Source: an uncultured Hormoscilla sp. (GTDB lineage Bacteria; Cyanobacteriota; Cyanobacteriia; Cyanobacteriales; Desertifilaceae). Taken from it: a DNA stretch of 64,000 bases. The stretch is from NCBI GenBank assembly GCA_963921275.4, contig OZ001293.3:768001-832000 (forward strand), written 5' to 3'. Within the stretch, counting starts at the first letter, position 1; each line of letters opens with the position of its first letter. This document shows, one piece after another, positions 23,451 to 34,573 of the stretch. The notes beneath the pieces are model-generated. The model did not search any database. It was not told the DNA's origin and was given only the letters and a program-made list of their open reading frames with translations. The translations under genes and the position numbers were made by a program.

Positions 23451-24615
23451 TTATGAATTTTGTGTTTCCATAATTTCACGATATAGCTCTTTCTGATTTT
23501 GTCTCAAGTCAGACAATATGGCACTGATTAGGGTAGCTTCCCGCAACTGTTCATCATCATTTTCACCATTATGCAACCCTACCACCTGCAATTATTCACT
23601 TTTAACACGGGAGCGCCGGAAGTTCCTTTGTCACTAGGAGCATTATAGAGAATGCGGTTTCGATCCGAGGCCAACTTGACAAAATATCCTTCAGAGCGCT
23701 GCTGTGGCTGCCCTTTTGGATGTTGAATCACTAGGAGCTTGGTTTGAACCGTGACAGGTTCGTCCTCCTCTAACTTCAAAAAGCCCCACTGCTTAAGCGG
23801 ACGATTCTTCCGATCCTGCAAGCGCAGTAGAGCATAGTTAGATCGGGATTATAATATTCAAGTGCATCTATTTTATATTCAACACCTTGACCGGGCAGTG
23901 CATTTTGAAAAATTAACAAGCCATTCGCAATTTGCTCTTGAAGATCGAGTTCGCTAATCGGATATTCCCGCCATTCTCTTGCTTCAATGACGTGCCAGCA
24001 AGTCAAAGCTAATTCAGGAGTTACCAACCATCCCGTGCCTCTAGGAACTTGCTTCCTGTCTCCATCGATAATTCTTGGCACGCTCACGCGAGCAACCGAA
24101 CGAGCGCAGGTTAGCAACTTTTCGTCTACCGCCAGGAAAAACATCGACTCGCCTTGGGGATTAGCTTCTCGCCCAGAAATTACAGCGGGTAACCCTTCGG
24201 GAAGAGTGTTGTCTGTTTTATTTGGTACTATGGAAAGTCTCGGTTTGCTATTAGGATTAACTGCTTGTCCCAAAGGTGCAGCAGATGAATCACTTGACAG
24301 AGCAGTGTCAAGTTCCTGGGCTAGATCCGCCAGGGTTCGATGACGACCATCTGCCGGATCTATTTGCTTGGCTAATAAGTCAACTAAAATAACTAGGGCA
24401 TTTTTCTTAGTGTCGTCACGAAATTTATCATTTAAGAAGCCGATCGCGTCTTCCACAAGTTCACTCGGACTGCCGGCTTGCCATCGATGTCGCCAAGGCC
24501 CAAGTAGAGCATGTCCCCTAAAGAAATTTCTTAATGTTTTAGCGTTTTCAAATTGGTCACAATCTAATAGGGCGTCATACAATCGAGTATAGAGTTCAGA
24601 CGTAATTCCAGCCAT
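23451..24615 (-). pseudogene. EAD-like domain fused to a trypsin-like serine protease
   Basis: GTGWLV, LTCWHV and GTSGAPV motifs; 1-nt deletion at the expected catalytic Asp (L-D-YALLRL, about 23838) and a second frameshift near the end. Confidence 0.85.
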
Positions 24616-24719
24616 ATCCTTTTACGAAGTCATTCTGATAATATAGCTTTTTCAACCAAACTGGATCGTACTTTTGCAGTTCCCCTCGATCGGTTTTTTA
24701 AGCTGTCGCAGTATGACAG

Positions 24720-25614
24720 GTCAGACGGCTCCGGGATCCTCAGACAGCAGCGCCTCTATATCTGCCAGCAGAGCTTCTAGTCTTGTACGCTTATCTAGGT
24801 CGTCCCAGACTTTGATCTGCTTAACTCTTTTGGAGATACTCTCCATCCGAGATTGCAGTTATTCTCGGTCTGCCGGGAGCTGTTGGGCTTTGATTTGCTC
24901 TCGAATTTCGCGCAGGGACAGAGATTTTCGATCGCCTCCTCCAGGAGTGCCTGTCGTGCTGACTCTACCTTGAGTTTAGCAATAGCTTTAGCCTTAGTAT
25001 ACTCGATGCGACCCTGGCGGAGAGCTTCTAGGATTTCCGGGGGAAGTTTCAGCAGGGGAAGCCTGGTGCGGATAAAGGTTTGCCAGTTCATCTTGCCCAG
25101 ACTGGCAAAGACTGCTTCCACCTTCTCACGATCGGGATTAGGGGAAACGTTTCCCCTAGCATCTGGGGCTGAAGCCGTAGAGTTGTCCGCTGGAGTATCG
25201 GTGCCTTGAGACCTGGATTCCTTTTCCAGGGAGTTCTTCATCCGATACAGCAGCAACTTGACCCGATCGACAGAGCAGTTGAGCTCGATCGCCAGCAGTT
25301 GCAGAATCCCCTCAGTCTCCTCTACTGAGTTCAAATCTTGCCGCTGCAAGTTCTCCACCGTACTGCATCGCTTCCGCATCAGTCATCTCCCTCAACATCA
25401 CTGGCACTTCGGTCAGTCCCACTGCCCGAGCAGCTTTATACCGGCGCTCCCCCGCCACAACCTCATACTTATCCCCCACAGGTCGCACCAGCAAGGGCTG
25501 CAAAATGCCGTTTGACTTGATACTGGCGATCAATTGCTCCATGGCTTCTTCATCAAAATAGCGCCGGGGTTGGCGAGCAGGAGGCAAAAGCTGGTCGAGC
25601 TCGATTGACTGCAC
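24720..25614 (-). pseudogene. parB: ParB/Spo0J partition protein, frameshifted
   Basis: QPRRYFD, GILQPLLVRP, VAGERRY and ENLQRQDLN motifs split over several frames. Confidence 0.85.
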
Positions 25615-26827
25615 GGCGTTGGATGGCTTGGAGCCATTTGACTTCTTCGCTCAGACCTTGGGGTTTGGGGGATGGACGCTGAGACTGCTGCTTTGAATCC
25701 ATTCGTAAATTTGTCAAACCTCCTACTATTCTAATGCTGTCCTTTTCTAGCAGGGGCGTATGTTTAACAAAAAATTACACGGTTGAGACTGATAAATACT
25801 CACCTCCCTCCACAACAATGCACGCCGGTCATAGTTAATGCCAAACTTAAGGGAAAGCTTTTCCGAATTTAGACAGAATTAATCACTTTAATGTTATGGA
25901 TTTATTTTACCCTAGTGTAAACCCGACCCAGAGCCTCTAGTATAATATCATTACCAGGCGGGTGTGCTCAAAACCCGTTGATCGTTCATGGGCCCTCCAG
26001 TCGTCGGATCCCCCCTGCGATGTCTCGCGAAGGCCGCGCCACATGCGCTGCGCGCACCGGGCTACTAGTCAGGAGCGATCGCACTACCCAAGAGACATCG
26101 CACCCCCCTTAAAAGATACTGTGGGCGAATTACCAGATCATGCGCTCAGAGCTCCCTGCTCCGCCTCGAAATGTTAAGAAATATGTGAGTAAGGCATAGA
26201 ATTGGCGTGGGGGGGTTTGGGGGGGATCCCTATGCAACAACTGCGCCTTCCACACCCCTTTTAACCCCAAGAGCGTCTAAACCCAGCCGCAGTAGGGCTA
26301 AAGGAGGGCGAGAGTCCCAATTGATCGCCAGCATAGTCTTACATTTTGGATGTGAGAGTAACCTCGGAGGTCAATACTTCGTAGGTTTTGGATATAGGTT
26401 GTCCGGAGCGAGGGGGGGGACAACCGCTCACAACTTATGCTCAATTGAGTTAACCCCCCCGTTCGCGCAGGCGTAGCCGTGGCGAAGCAGCAGCTAGCAA
26501 TCTCCCGGCTCGGGTGCTCCCGGCTCCCTGCTATCCCTTGAGGTATTGCCTCGGAGGTTACTTTTTTTTCAGTGCCAGCAAGCAGCACTAATAGGGCCAT
26601 TACGGACAAAGAAAAAAGAGCGTCCCAAAGTAGCCATCAACCTTGAAACCTATCGCCGGTCATAAAGCGAGCGGATTCTCAGAACAGACTGGCACCGAAG
26701 CTCAGGTCATCAATCACCGGCTGTACCCAAAAAAGATTGCCTCATCCAAAAATCAACCCCAAAAAAATCCCCAAGCCGCGTAACTCCCCCCAACTCCACC
26801 ACCCCATTTCAAGTCCCCACTAAGACC

Positions 26828-26858
26828 CCAGTAAGTTACCAGTAAGTTACCAGTAAGT
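26828..26858. repeat. 11-bp tandem repeat CCAGTAAGTTA (about 2.8 copies)
   Basis: Seen directly. Confidence 0.8.
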
Positions 26859-26973
26859 CCTAAAATCCCGGATCCTGTACTAGATGCAACCGGAAAATAA
26901 ATCACATACTGAGATAGATAATTTTTCGACAAGCACCGGTCATCTCAACCCTGAAAAAACACATCCCCGGGTG

Positions 26974-27801
26974 ATTAGGGGTCTCCCTGGGAATAGCTTC
27001 GGAACCCTCCCGTTCGGAACCGGACTTGTGATTTTCACCACATCCGGCTACTGGGTAGTAGGGCCTTGTCATTGGTAGAATTACTAGGGATTACTCCCGT
27101 TGTTCCTTGTCTCATGCTATTTCACTCATCTACTGGTTTCTAGCCAGCCATCCATTCCTCATCATTATTGCTAATGAAGGGCTCATAACGTTTTTAGAGC
27201 TACTTTTACCCGAGACATCCTGCTATCACCGACCGACGTCTGCATATCCTAAGCATTCCCCGGCGTCTTCCGCATGCTCTTGTCCTGAAGGACTCGGCAT
27301 GCGGAAGACACCGCCTAGGCATTAGCTTCTTAGGCCATCTTTCCCACCTGCGGCATACGCTTCACATCTGACTGGTCCTTTCGGACAGCTCGCAAGGGGT
27401 TACTTCGTTCCCTGGTCTCCGGAGCGCGATACCTTTAGGTTCCTACTCTACCCCGGTAGCTTTTCGAGTACGATGTTAGTTACGAGCGACAACTAACACT
27501 AGCTACGTTGACTTTTGTCTCCGGTGTATACAGCCTTATTTCACCGGTTCTACATAACGAGGCTTACATAAGTTCGTTTATTCTAACCTTGGGTATCTAA
27601 CAAGCGCGGTGTCACCAGCTATGGCTGCCAGCTATCCTACATTTAAGTCCTCGCTGAGCACCAATGGTGATGTTACTCCACAGCACCTCACGCGGTTACC
27701 CCCGTACTTGGGGAGAGGGAATTTAACCCCATGAATACCAGAGTTCCTAGTTTCCTAGGCTAGCGTTCCGTATTACTACGTTAGGCTAGAACGAATCGCA
27801 A
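26974..27801 (-). mobile_element. ORF-less group II intron (lineage C)
   Basis: 5' TTGCGATTCGTT; DV AGTAGCCGGATGTGGTGAAAATCACAAGTCCGGTTC; 3' end GACCCCTAAT. Confidence 0.85.
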
Positions 27802-28172
27802 CGCTCACTTGTAGTTGATAGCCGGGTGCATCTTAGATGCATGTAAAATAGCCCGCCGGTAGGCTCACGCTCACCCGACCACGCAGGCGGTCGGGTGAGC
27901 GTGGTCGGGTGAGCGTATACGAAGTGCGCGTAGCGCTAGCCGAAGGGAGCCGAAGGGAGCCTACCGGCGGGCAATGTTGCGGAGTAGCCGGACCATGCAC
28001 GGGTGAGGGCTGTGTTTCCCCTTTTGTGCGTAAGGCGCGAGGTTTCTCCTATGCATGTGCGATTACGATGTCCCCCCAGAGGGGGGTGCGGTTAGCGCGA
28101 GGTATCTCCACCGGTTGTGCGATTAGCGCTCCCAGGAGATACCTCCCCCCAGAGGGGGGACATCGAGCTCCC

Positions 28173-29911
28173 CGGGTAGTCTTTAAGTTGCAAAAGCGAA
28201 TTTACAGAGCGGCAATGGAAGGCGTAATAAGCGAACGGTTCGCAGACTCCAAAGATTACTGGTAAAATCCCGGGCAGCCAAAAGTCTAGCGGTACGACAG
28301 GTTACACAAGACAACCAGGGAAGGAAAACTGCCGGTGTGGATGGTGTTAAAGCACTGACCCCAAAGCAGCGCTTAGAACTGGTAGGACAGATTGAAATCT
28401 CAAACAAGGCCAAGCCTACACGTCGTGTATGGATACCCAAGCCAGGGAGAGAGGAAAAACGTCCTTTAGGAATACCAACGATGTACGACCGTGCGACACA
28501 AGGACTCCTCAAGACTGCGCTAGAACCCGAATGGGAAGCGTACATGGAAGGGAACTCCTACGGGTTCAGACCGGGAAGGGGATGCCACGATGCAATCGAG
28601 GCAATATACAGTAGCATCAAACAAAAACCCAAGTGGGTACTGGATGCAGACATTGCAAAATGCTTCGATAAGATAAACCACAAGGCGCTACTAGAAAAAC
28701 TGAATACAATATCACCAATCCGTAAGCAAATACGGGCATGGTTAAAAGCCGGGGTGATGGACAAAGGGGAATGGCATGCAACTGAAGCGGGAACGCCCCA
28801 AGGGGGTGTCATATCACCGCTACTAGCCAACATAGCCTTACATGGGTTAGAGGAGGCAGTAATGAAGCTCGCCAAGCCAACAAAGAACGAAAGAAAAAAG
28901 CTGACAGTAGTCAGATATGCAGATGACTTTGTAGTCATGCACGAGAACAGAGTGATAGTGGAAAAAGCGCAGATAGTGGTCGCAGAGTGGCTAAAAGGAA
29001 TCGGGTTAGAACTGAAAGCCGAAAAAACAAAAATAGCTCATACGCTAAAGGGGGAAAACCCGGGGTTTGACTTTCTGGGTTTCAACATCAGGCAATATGA
29101 GGTGAGTAAATACAGGACCGGCAAGTCAACACACGGAACACCCCTAGGATTCAAAACCCTAATAAAACCCAGTAATAAGTCCATAGGGAAGCATAAAGAA
29201 CGGTTATCAGAAATGGTGGCCAGCCATAAAGCAGCACCACAAACAGCCTTGATAAGTGGGGTAAACCCGATAATACGGGGATGGTCAAACTACTACAGGG
29301 CGGTGGTGAGTAAGGAAACTTACAGCTACATGGACCACTACCTATGGACCATTCTCTGGCAGTGGGCAAAAAGGAGACATCCCAATAAATCCAGTCATTG
29401 GATAGCTCGTAAGTACTGGTCCCTAAGTGAGGACGGTAAATGGCGATTCCGATGCAAGATAGGAAAAGATGAGATAACGCTGCGCAAACACTCCGAAACT
29501 GAGATAATCAGGCACGTAAAAGTGAAAGGTACAGCCAGCCCATATGACGGGAACCTTACATATTGGAGCGCAAGACTAGGTAAAAGCCCCGAGTTGAGTA
29601 AGAGGGTAGCAACGCTACTCAAGAGACAAAAGGGGAAATGCCAACACTGTGGACTAACGTTTATGAACTGTGACAAATGGGAAGTTGACCATATCAAGCC
29701 CCTCTCATTAGTCTCATTAGGGGGTAAGGACCGGTACGACAACCTACAGTTACTACACAAGCATTGCCACGATATAAAGACTGCCAACGATGGTAGCAAA
29801 CGTAGCCGTACCTATGACAAGGGTGGCGTTGCTGAGGAGCCGGATGATGCGAAAGTATCAAGTCCGGTTCTGAAGACTAGCAGGAGTGGTGACACTCTTG
29901 CTTAGTTTAAT
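28173..29911 (+). mobile_element. 5'-truncated RT-encoding group II intron (chloroplast-like class)
   Basis: DV GAGCCGGATGATGCGAAAGTATCAAGTCCGGTTC; end GCTTAGTTTAAT; 5' domains missing relative to the 55942 copy. Confidence 0.88.
28337..29905 (+). CDS. ltrA: Group II intron reverse transcriptase/maturase with HNH endonuclease (N-terminus frameshifted)
   Basis: RPLGIP, GTPQGG, YADD, IRGWSNYY and HNH (EVDHI..LHKHCH) motifs. Confidence 0.9.
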   Translation: MDGVKALTPKQRLELVGQIEISNKAKPTRRVWIPKPGREEKRPLGIPTMYDRATQGLLKTALEPEWEAYMEGNSYGFRPGRGCHDAIEAIYSSIKQKPKWVLDADIAKCFDKINHKALLEKLNTISPIRKQIRAWLKAGVMDKGEWHATEAGTPQGGVISPLLANIALHGLEEAVMKLAKPTKNERKKLTVVRYADDFVVMHENRVIVEKAQIVVAEWLKGIGLELKAEKTKIAHTLKGENPGFDFLGFNIRQYEVSKYRTGKSTHGTPLGFKTLIKPSNKSIGKHKERLSEMVASHKAAPQTALISGVNPIIRGWSNYYRAVVSKETYSYMDHYLWTILWQWAKRRHPNKSSHWIARKYWSLSEDGKWRFRCKIGKDEITLRKHSETEIIRHVKVKGTASPYDGNLTYWSARLGKSPELSKRVATLLKRQKGKCQHCGLTFMNCDKWEVDHIKPLSLVSLGGKDRYDNLQLLHKHCHDIKTANDGSKRSRTYDKGGVAEEPDDAKVSSPVLKTSRSGDTLA

Positions 29912-31890
29912 TCCGACCCACCTAATGAAAGTGGTTTAATATGGTCAACTTCCCACTTGTCACTATTTGTGAACGTTAGTCCTAATTCTCGGCAGTTACC
30001 TTTCTGCATCTTCATGCGCTTCGCAACTCGTGTTCCCACATCTGGGCTCTTACCGAGTCTTGTACTCCAGTAAACGAGCTCACCGTTATATGGGCTTACA
30101 TCACCTTTTACTTTGACATGTCTTACTATCTCTACACTACTGTGCTTCAACAGCTCAACTTCCTTACTTTCATCTTTCGATCTGAACAGCCATTGACCAT
30201 CCTTGTCTATTGACCAGTCATTCTTGGCCATCCATTCTCCAGACTTATTCGGGTGTCGTCTTTTCGCCCATCTCCACAAAACCTTCCACAAGTAATCGTC
30301 CAGATCACTATACGTTTCCTTGCTCACTCCTGTTCTGAAGTAATTAGCCCATCCACGTATCAGAGGATTCAGCTTCATTATCAGCTCCTCCTGAGACTTT
30401 CTGTCATCTATCTCTTTCTGATGACTTTCCTTGTGCTAAAGAACGGATTTCTCACTCAGCTTGATTAGTGTTTTGAATCCTAGGATCTTCCCTTTACACC
30501 TTCCAGACTTGTTCTTGACTACCTGATATTGTCTCACATTGAATCCCAGGAAATCAAATCCCGCGTCTTCTGCGTGTAACCTATGAGCAATCCTAGTCTT
30601 CTCAGGCTTAAGTTCAAGTCCTATTCCTCTCAGCCATTCAGCTATAACCTTCTGCGCCTTCTCCACCACTTCCCGACTTTTATGTATGACTACAAAGTCA
30701 TGTATCTGACCACAGTCAACTCTGTCTTTTTTCGTTCAGGCACCAGAGTCATAACTTTTTCCTCTAGTCCATGCAGAGCAACGTTTGCCAGCAATGGTGA
30801 AATCACTCCTCCTTGTGGTGTACCTTCATTCGTTGCACACCAATTCCTCCCATCTATCACACCAGCAGTCAGCCAAGCGCGTATTTGTCTACGAAAGATA
30901 GATGAAGTATTCACTTTTGTCAACAGCGCTTCATGGCCTATCTTATCGAAGCATTTAGCTATGTCAGCATCAAGAACCCATTTAGCTTTCTTGTTGATCG
31001 CTGAGCATATTGCTTCGATTGCATCATGACATCCTCGACCTGACCTAAATCCATAGGAATTACCTTCTTTCCTTAGCTTCCCATTCTGGTTCTAATGCCT
31101 GTTTCAGTAATCCCTGTAGTGCGCGGTCGTACATCACCGGTATTCCCAATGGACGTAACTCTTTCCTACCTGGTTTAGGTATCCAAACCCTTCGAGTCGG
31201 CTTAACCTTCTTCCAAGTCTTAAGTTGTCCTACCAGTTCGAGACGCTCGTTAGGTTTCAGCTCTTTTATACCGTCTACCCCAGCCGTCTTCTTTCCCTGG
31301 TTATCTTGTGTTACTCGTCGTACCGCTAGACAGTTGGCAGACCAAGACTTCACTAATAGCCTCTGGAGTTTGCGAACTTTCCGCTTATTACCTTCCTGAG
31401 TCGCTCTGTAAATCCGCTTTTGCAAAAGACTAACCGCTCCAATTTTGGCCACGGTAGATCTTTCCATTCATACATCGGCTTTCCCGTGTTCATAACGTTT
31501 TCACTGCTACAAGTAGCTTCACATTTGACATCATTGTGAGGGCGTCAGCGTATCCATACCTATTACAGGTAGGCTTTTGCTTCTCCACGAAATCCTTCCC
31601 GGCTATGACCTGGCATATGTAACCAGATGTTGCGTCTTTGGTGACTACCAGATGTGATCGACCTCTAGATCTGGAGTACATAACCGGTTTACTTCGTTCC
31701 TACAGATGATTGATCATGACCTTAGATGGATTCTATGTACCGGGTTTATTGTCGGTGCTTGTTAGTCGGCCTACGATCCACTAACGACCTCTATCCTTTC
31801 CCTTTTGGGCCAGTGTTTCAGCCTTATTACACTGGTTGTGTGTGACGACACTGCAAATCTTCGCTTCATGCTCACCATAGTCACTTGCTC
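29912..31890 (-). mobile_element. Degenerate RT-encoding group II intron, truncated at both ends
   Basis: RT fragments at 31060-31467, 30690-30923, 30436-30669 and 29902-30378; 31500-31890 matches domain I of the 55942 intron. Confidence 0.85.
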
Positions 31891-32828
31891 GAATGTATCC
31901 ATGAGTCCTATAACTTGCTGCGAACCTTGCCCCTAGATGACTTCGATGTGGTGTTTATCTTTCACTGCTTCCATCAGTTTCCCTCGGAAGTCCGACGGAT
32001 CCTGCTAGACCGGGGCGCGCGCCAGATCAAGATTGTGGGCTACACCATGGGCAGTCACTGGGACCCCACGGATACCTTCCGCGAGATTTTCTATCCGGGT
32101 ATGCGGGTGAGTGACCTGGCCAACTTGCTTTGTCTCGACCTGGTATTGATGGTTTCACATTATTTCCGAGAGGTGTTGCTCCATCATGTGGGTGCCTTCA
32201 GTACGACAGCAGCAGCGGAACTCGATCGCCGCATCGCCGTCACGGGTTTGCCCATTAACAACGAATTGATGGACCGCGGCTGCACTAGCAGCAAAGCAGA
32301 CAAGGTGCAGATTGTCTTCAACCATTCTCCTACACCAGGGAAGCCCCCGAAATTTTCTTCCGCATCATGGAGCAGATATTACCTCACCACGACGTGAGGT
32401 TAGTTGTTACCCGTCAGTTTGACGCTGATAGTCCTGGTCAGGAGCAATTGCAGCAACTGCAAGCACGCTATGGCGATCAGGTAATCATCGGGAATACCAT
32501 GTCTTTAGCAGATTACTATGAAACCCTGTGGAAATCCCACATCCAGGTCTCGACAGCCGAGCACGAATCCTTCGGCATATCGACCTTAGAGGCAATGTAC
32601 ACTCGCAATGCCTGTATCCTGCCCAGTCGCCATAGTTACCCGGAAATCACCGACAATACCAACCTCTATACATCCGAACAAGAACGGCTAGAGATGCTGA
32701 CGCACTACATTCAGGACCAACTCTCATGCAGTCAAATGGCCGAAGTCATGCATCAGCAGAGCTGGCGGTACGTTCCCGAGCAGGTCGTAGAACGCATTTC
32801 CCAGGCGATCCACGACCTACTCTCCTAA
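31891..32828 (+). pseudogene. Glycosyltransferase (GT4-like) remnant
   Basis: HESFGISTLEAM motif; frameshift near 32350; 5' end missing. Confidence 0.75.
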
Positions 32829-32913
32829 CCCCCAAAAGTATGAAACCCAGACCCGCAAGCTGTGTCCCAAGTGCTCTTAGCGCTTCCAGGAGACACTTCA
32901 CCGGGGGACACAG

Positions 32914-32994
32914 GGTAGTGGGTAACAAGTAGTGATTTTAGCGCCTGAAACCCTGAGCAGACCGTAGTCAAATCACTACATCTTGACCACTACC
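32914..32994. mobile_element. 81-bp MITE with IS1-like GGTAGTG ends
   Basis: Inverted ends GGTAGTGG/CCACTACC; 8-bp TSD GGACACAG. Confidence 0.8.
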
Positions 32995-33020
32995 GGACAC
33001 AGAAGGTGCTTGCGGTTTTT

Positions 33021-33138
33021 GGATCTCCTGGGTTTTGGGGCAAAAATGTATTGTAATATACATTTTTTGCGATCTAAAAGGCTATAATAGTTAATTTTGA
33101 GTGATTGCTTTACTTATCACTCGAAACCCAGGAGACCC
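33021..33138. mobile_element. 118-bp MITE
   Basis: TIR GG(A/G)TCTCCTGGGTTT; flanks GGTTTTT/GATTTTT. Confidence 0.7.
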
Positions 33139-33194
33139 GATTTTTGGGGCAGACTTGACAGTAAAGCTAAAATTTGTGTTAAATTATAGATTAT

Positions 33195-33355
33195 GGAGAG
33201 TGTGAAGTTCTCACAGAATACGACCTCGTCTAAAAGCTGAAACCCTTGCTGGGGGTAGCTTACAGCCAGTATTAGCCCGCTTATTGCCCATGATCGGTCG
33301 ATCGGACCAAAACCCGCTTATGACAAGCCGTTATCCAAAGAACTTCGCACTGTCC
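33195..33355. mobile_element. 161-bp MITE
   Basis: TIR GGAGAGTGTGAAGTTCT / GGACAGTGCGAAGTTCT; no clean TSD. Confidence 0.6.
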
Positions 33356-33363
33356 AGATAGAT

Positions 33364-34274
33364 TGAAAGTCTGGTTTGGTTTCATTTGCTAGACAACTCT
33401 GGTTATCATGGGGGTTAAATTCCCTCTCCCCAGGTGTGGGGGGTCGAGAATACTACCGGTCCTTAGTGCTGCGGAGTCACATCGCCGTGGTGCTCCGCTA
33501 GGACTTAAATGTAGGGTAGCTGGCAGCCTAAGCTGGCAACACCGCGCTTGTTAGATGTTCATGGTTAGAACAAGCGAACCTGTGTAAGCCTCGTCACCTA
33601 TAACCAGCGGAATAAGGCTGATACGCTGGCCCAAAAGGGAAATGGTAGTTAGTGTTGGTAATCTGTACTTACTAGCATCGCACTCGAAGAACTCCCGGGG
33701 TATAGCAGGAACCTAAAAGCATCGAGAAATGATACCAGGGAACGAAGTAACCTCTTGTGTGCAGTTCGGCTCAACGGGGCCGAACCAGTTAGATATACGT
33801 CCGCGTAGCGTGCGCGGAGCGCATAGCGCAAGCCACGAGGGGAAGGATGTCCTAAGAAGCAAATGCCCGGGGTAATGCCCGTGGATAAGCTGACGTCGGA
33901 CGGATATGGTAAGAAGCCTTTGGTGAAAGTAGCCCTAATATGTCGCAAAACTTAGGAGAAATCCAAAAGTATGAATATGGACTAGAGTCTCAGCCGGGTA
34001 AAGTTCAGAGCCCCGATAAATCAGGAATGGGGAAATGTTAGTAAAGAGCGGTTAGACCGGTTTGCTGAACTACCCTCCGCGAACCTTCCGGAGCTGAAAT
34101 CATTAACGGTCCAATAGGATTGACCATAAGGGGTAAAATTACAGAGGGTAAGGGGAAACGGGGTGACCTAATTATTGATGATGATATGCCTAAGGACAAG
34201 CCCCAGCGGTGAAAGTCGCAAGTCCGGTTTCGCTCTTGGAGGGTTGGGAAGTGATTCCCAGCTCGACCCCGACC
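33364..34274 (+). mobile_element. ORF-less group II intron (lineage D), 5' end lost and DV damaged
   Basis: Colinear with 15604-16530; same 3' end CCCAGCTCGACCCCGACC. Confidence 0.82.
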
Positions 34275-34573
34275 TTGACATATTGGCAAGACGCTAAGTA
34301 GTCAAACTAGGAACTACTTAGGTCCAGGGCCCAGACGAGTACCGGTCTATCCTGTGTGATGGCCAAGCCCAAGCGGCGATAAGAAGCTGCGCATCGCTTA
34401 GCGTGCGCGTAGCGCATAGCTACCTGACTTGCATGAGTAGTTGCTCATACCACAAGTCAATCTTGGTCTGTTTTGTCTAGCTCGCGCTCATGAGCAGCGT
34501 AGTAGTTAGGGCCACGGCGTTGGCGACATAAATGAATCGAGAAAAAGCTATTGGTGTAAGGAGATTAACGTTG

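Noticed and set aside
28337..29905. DGR, retron or defence-type RT
   Set aside because: It has maturase and HNH domains and is followed by intron DV/DVI; no TR/VR pair with adenine-specific differences was seen.
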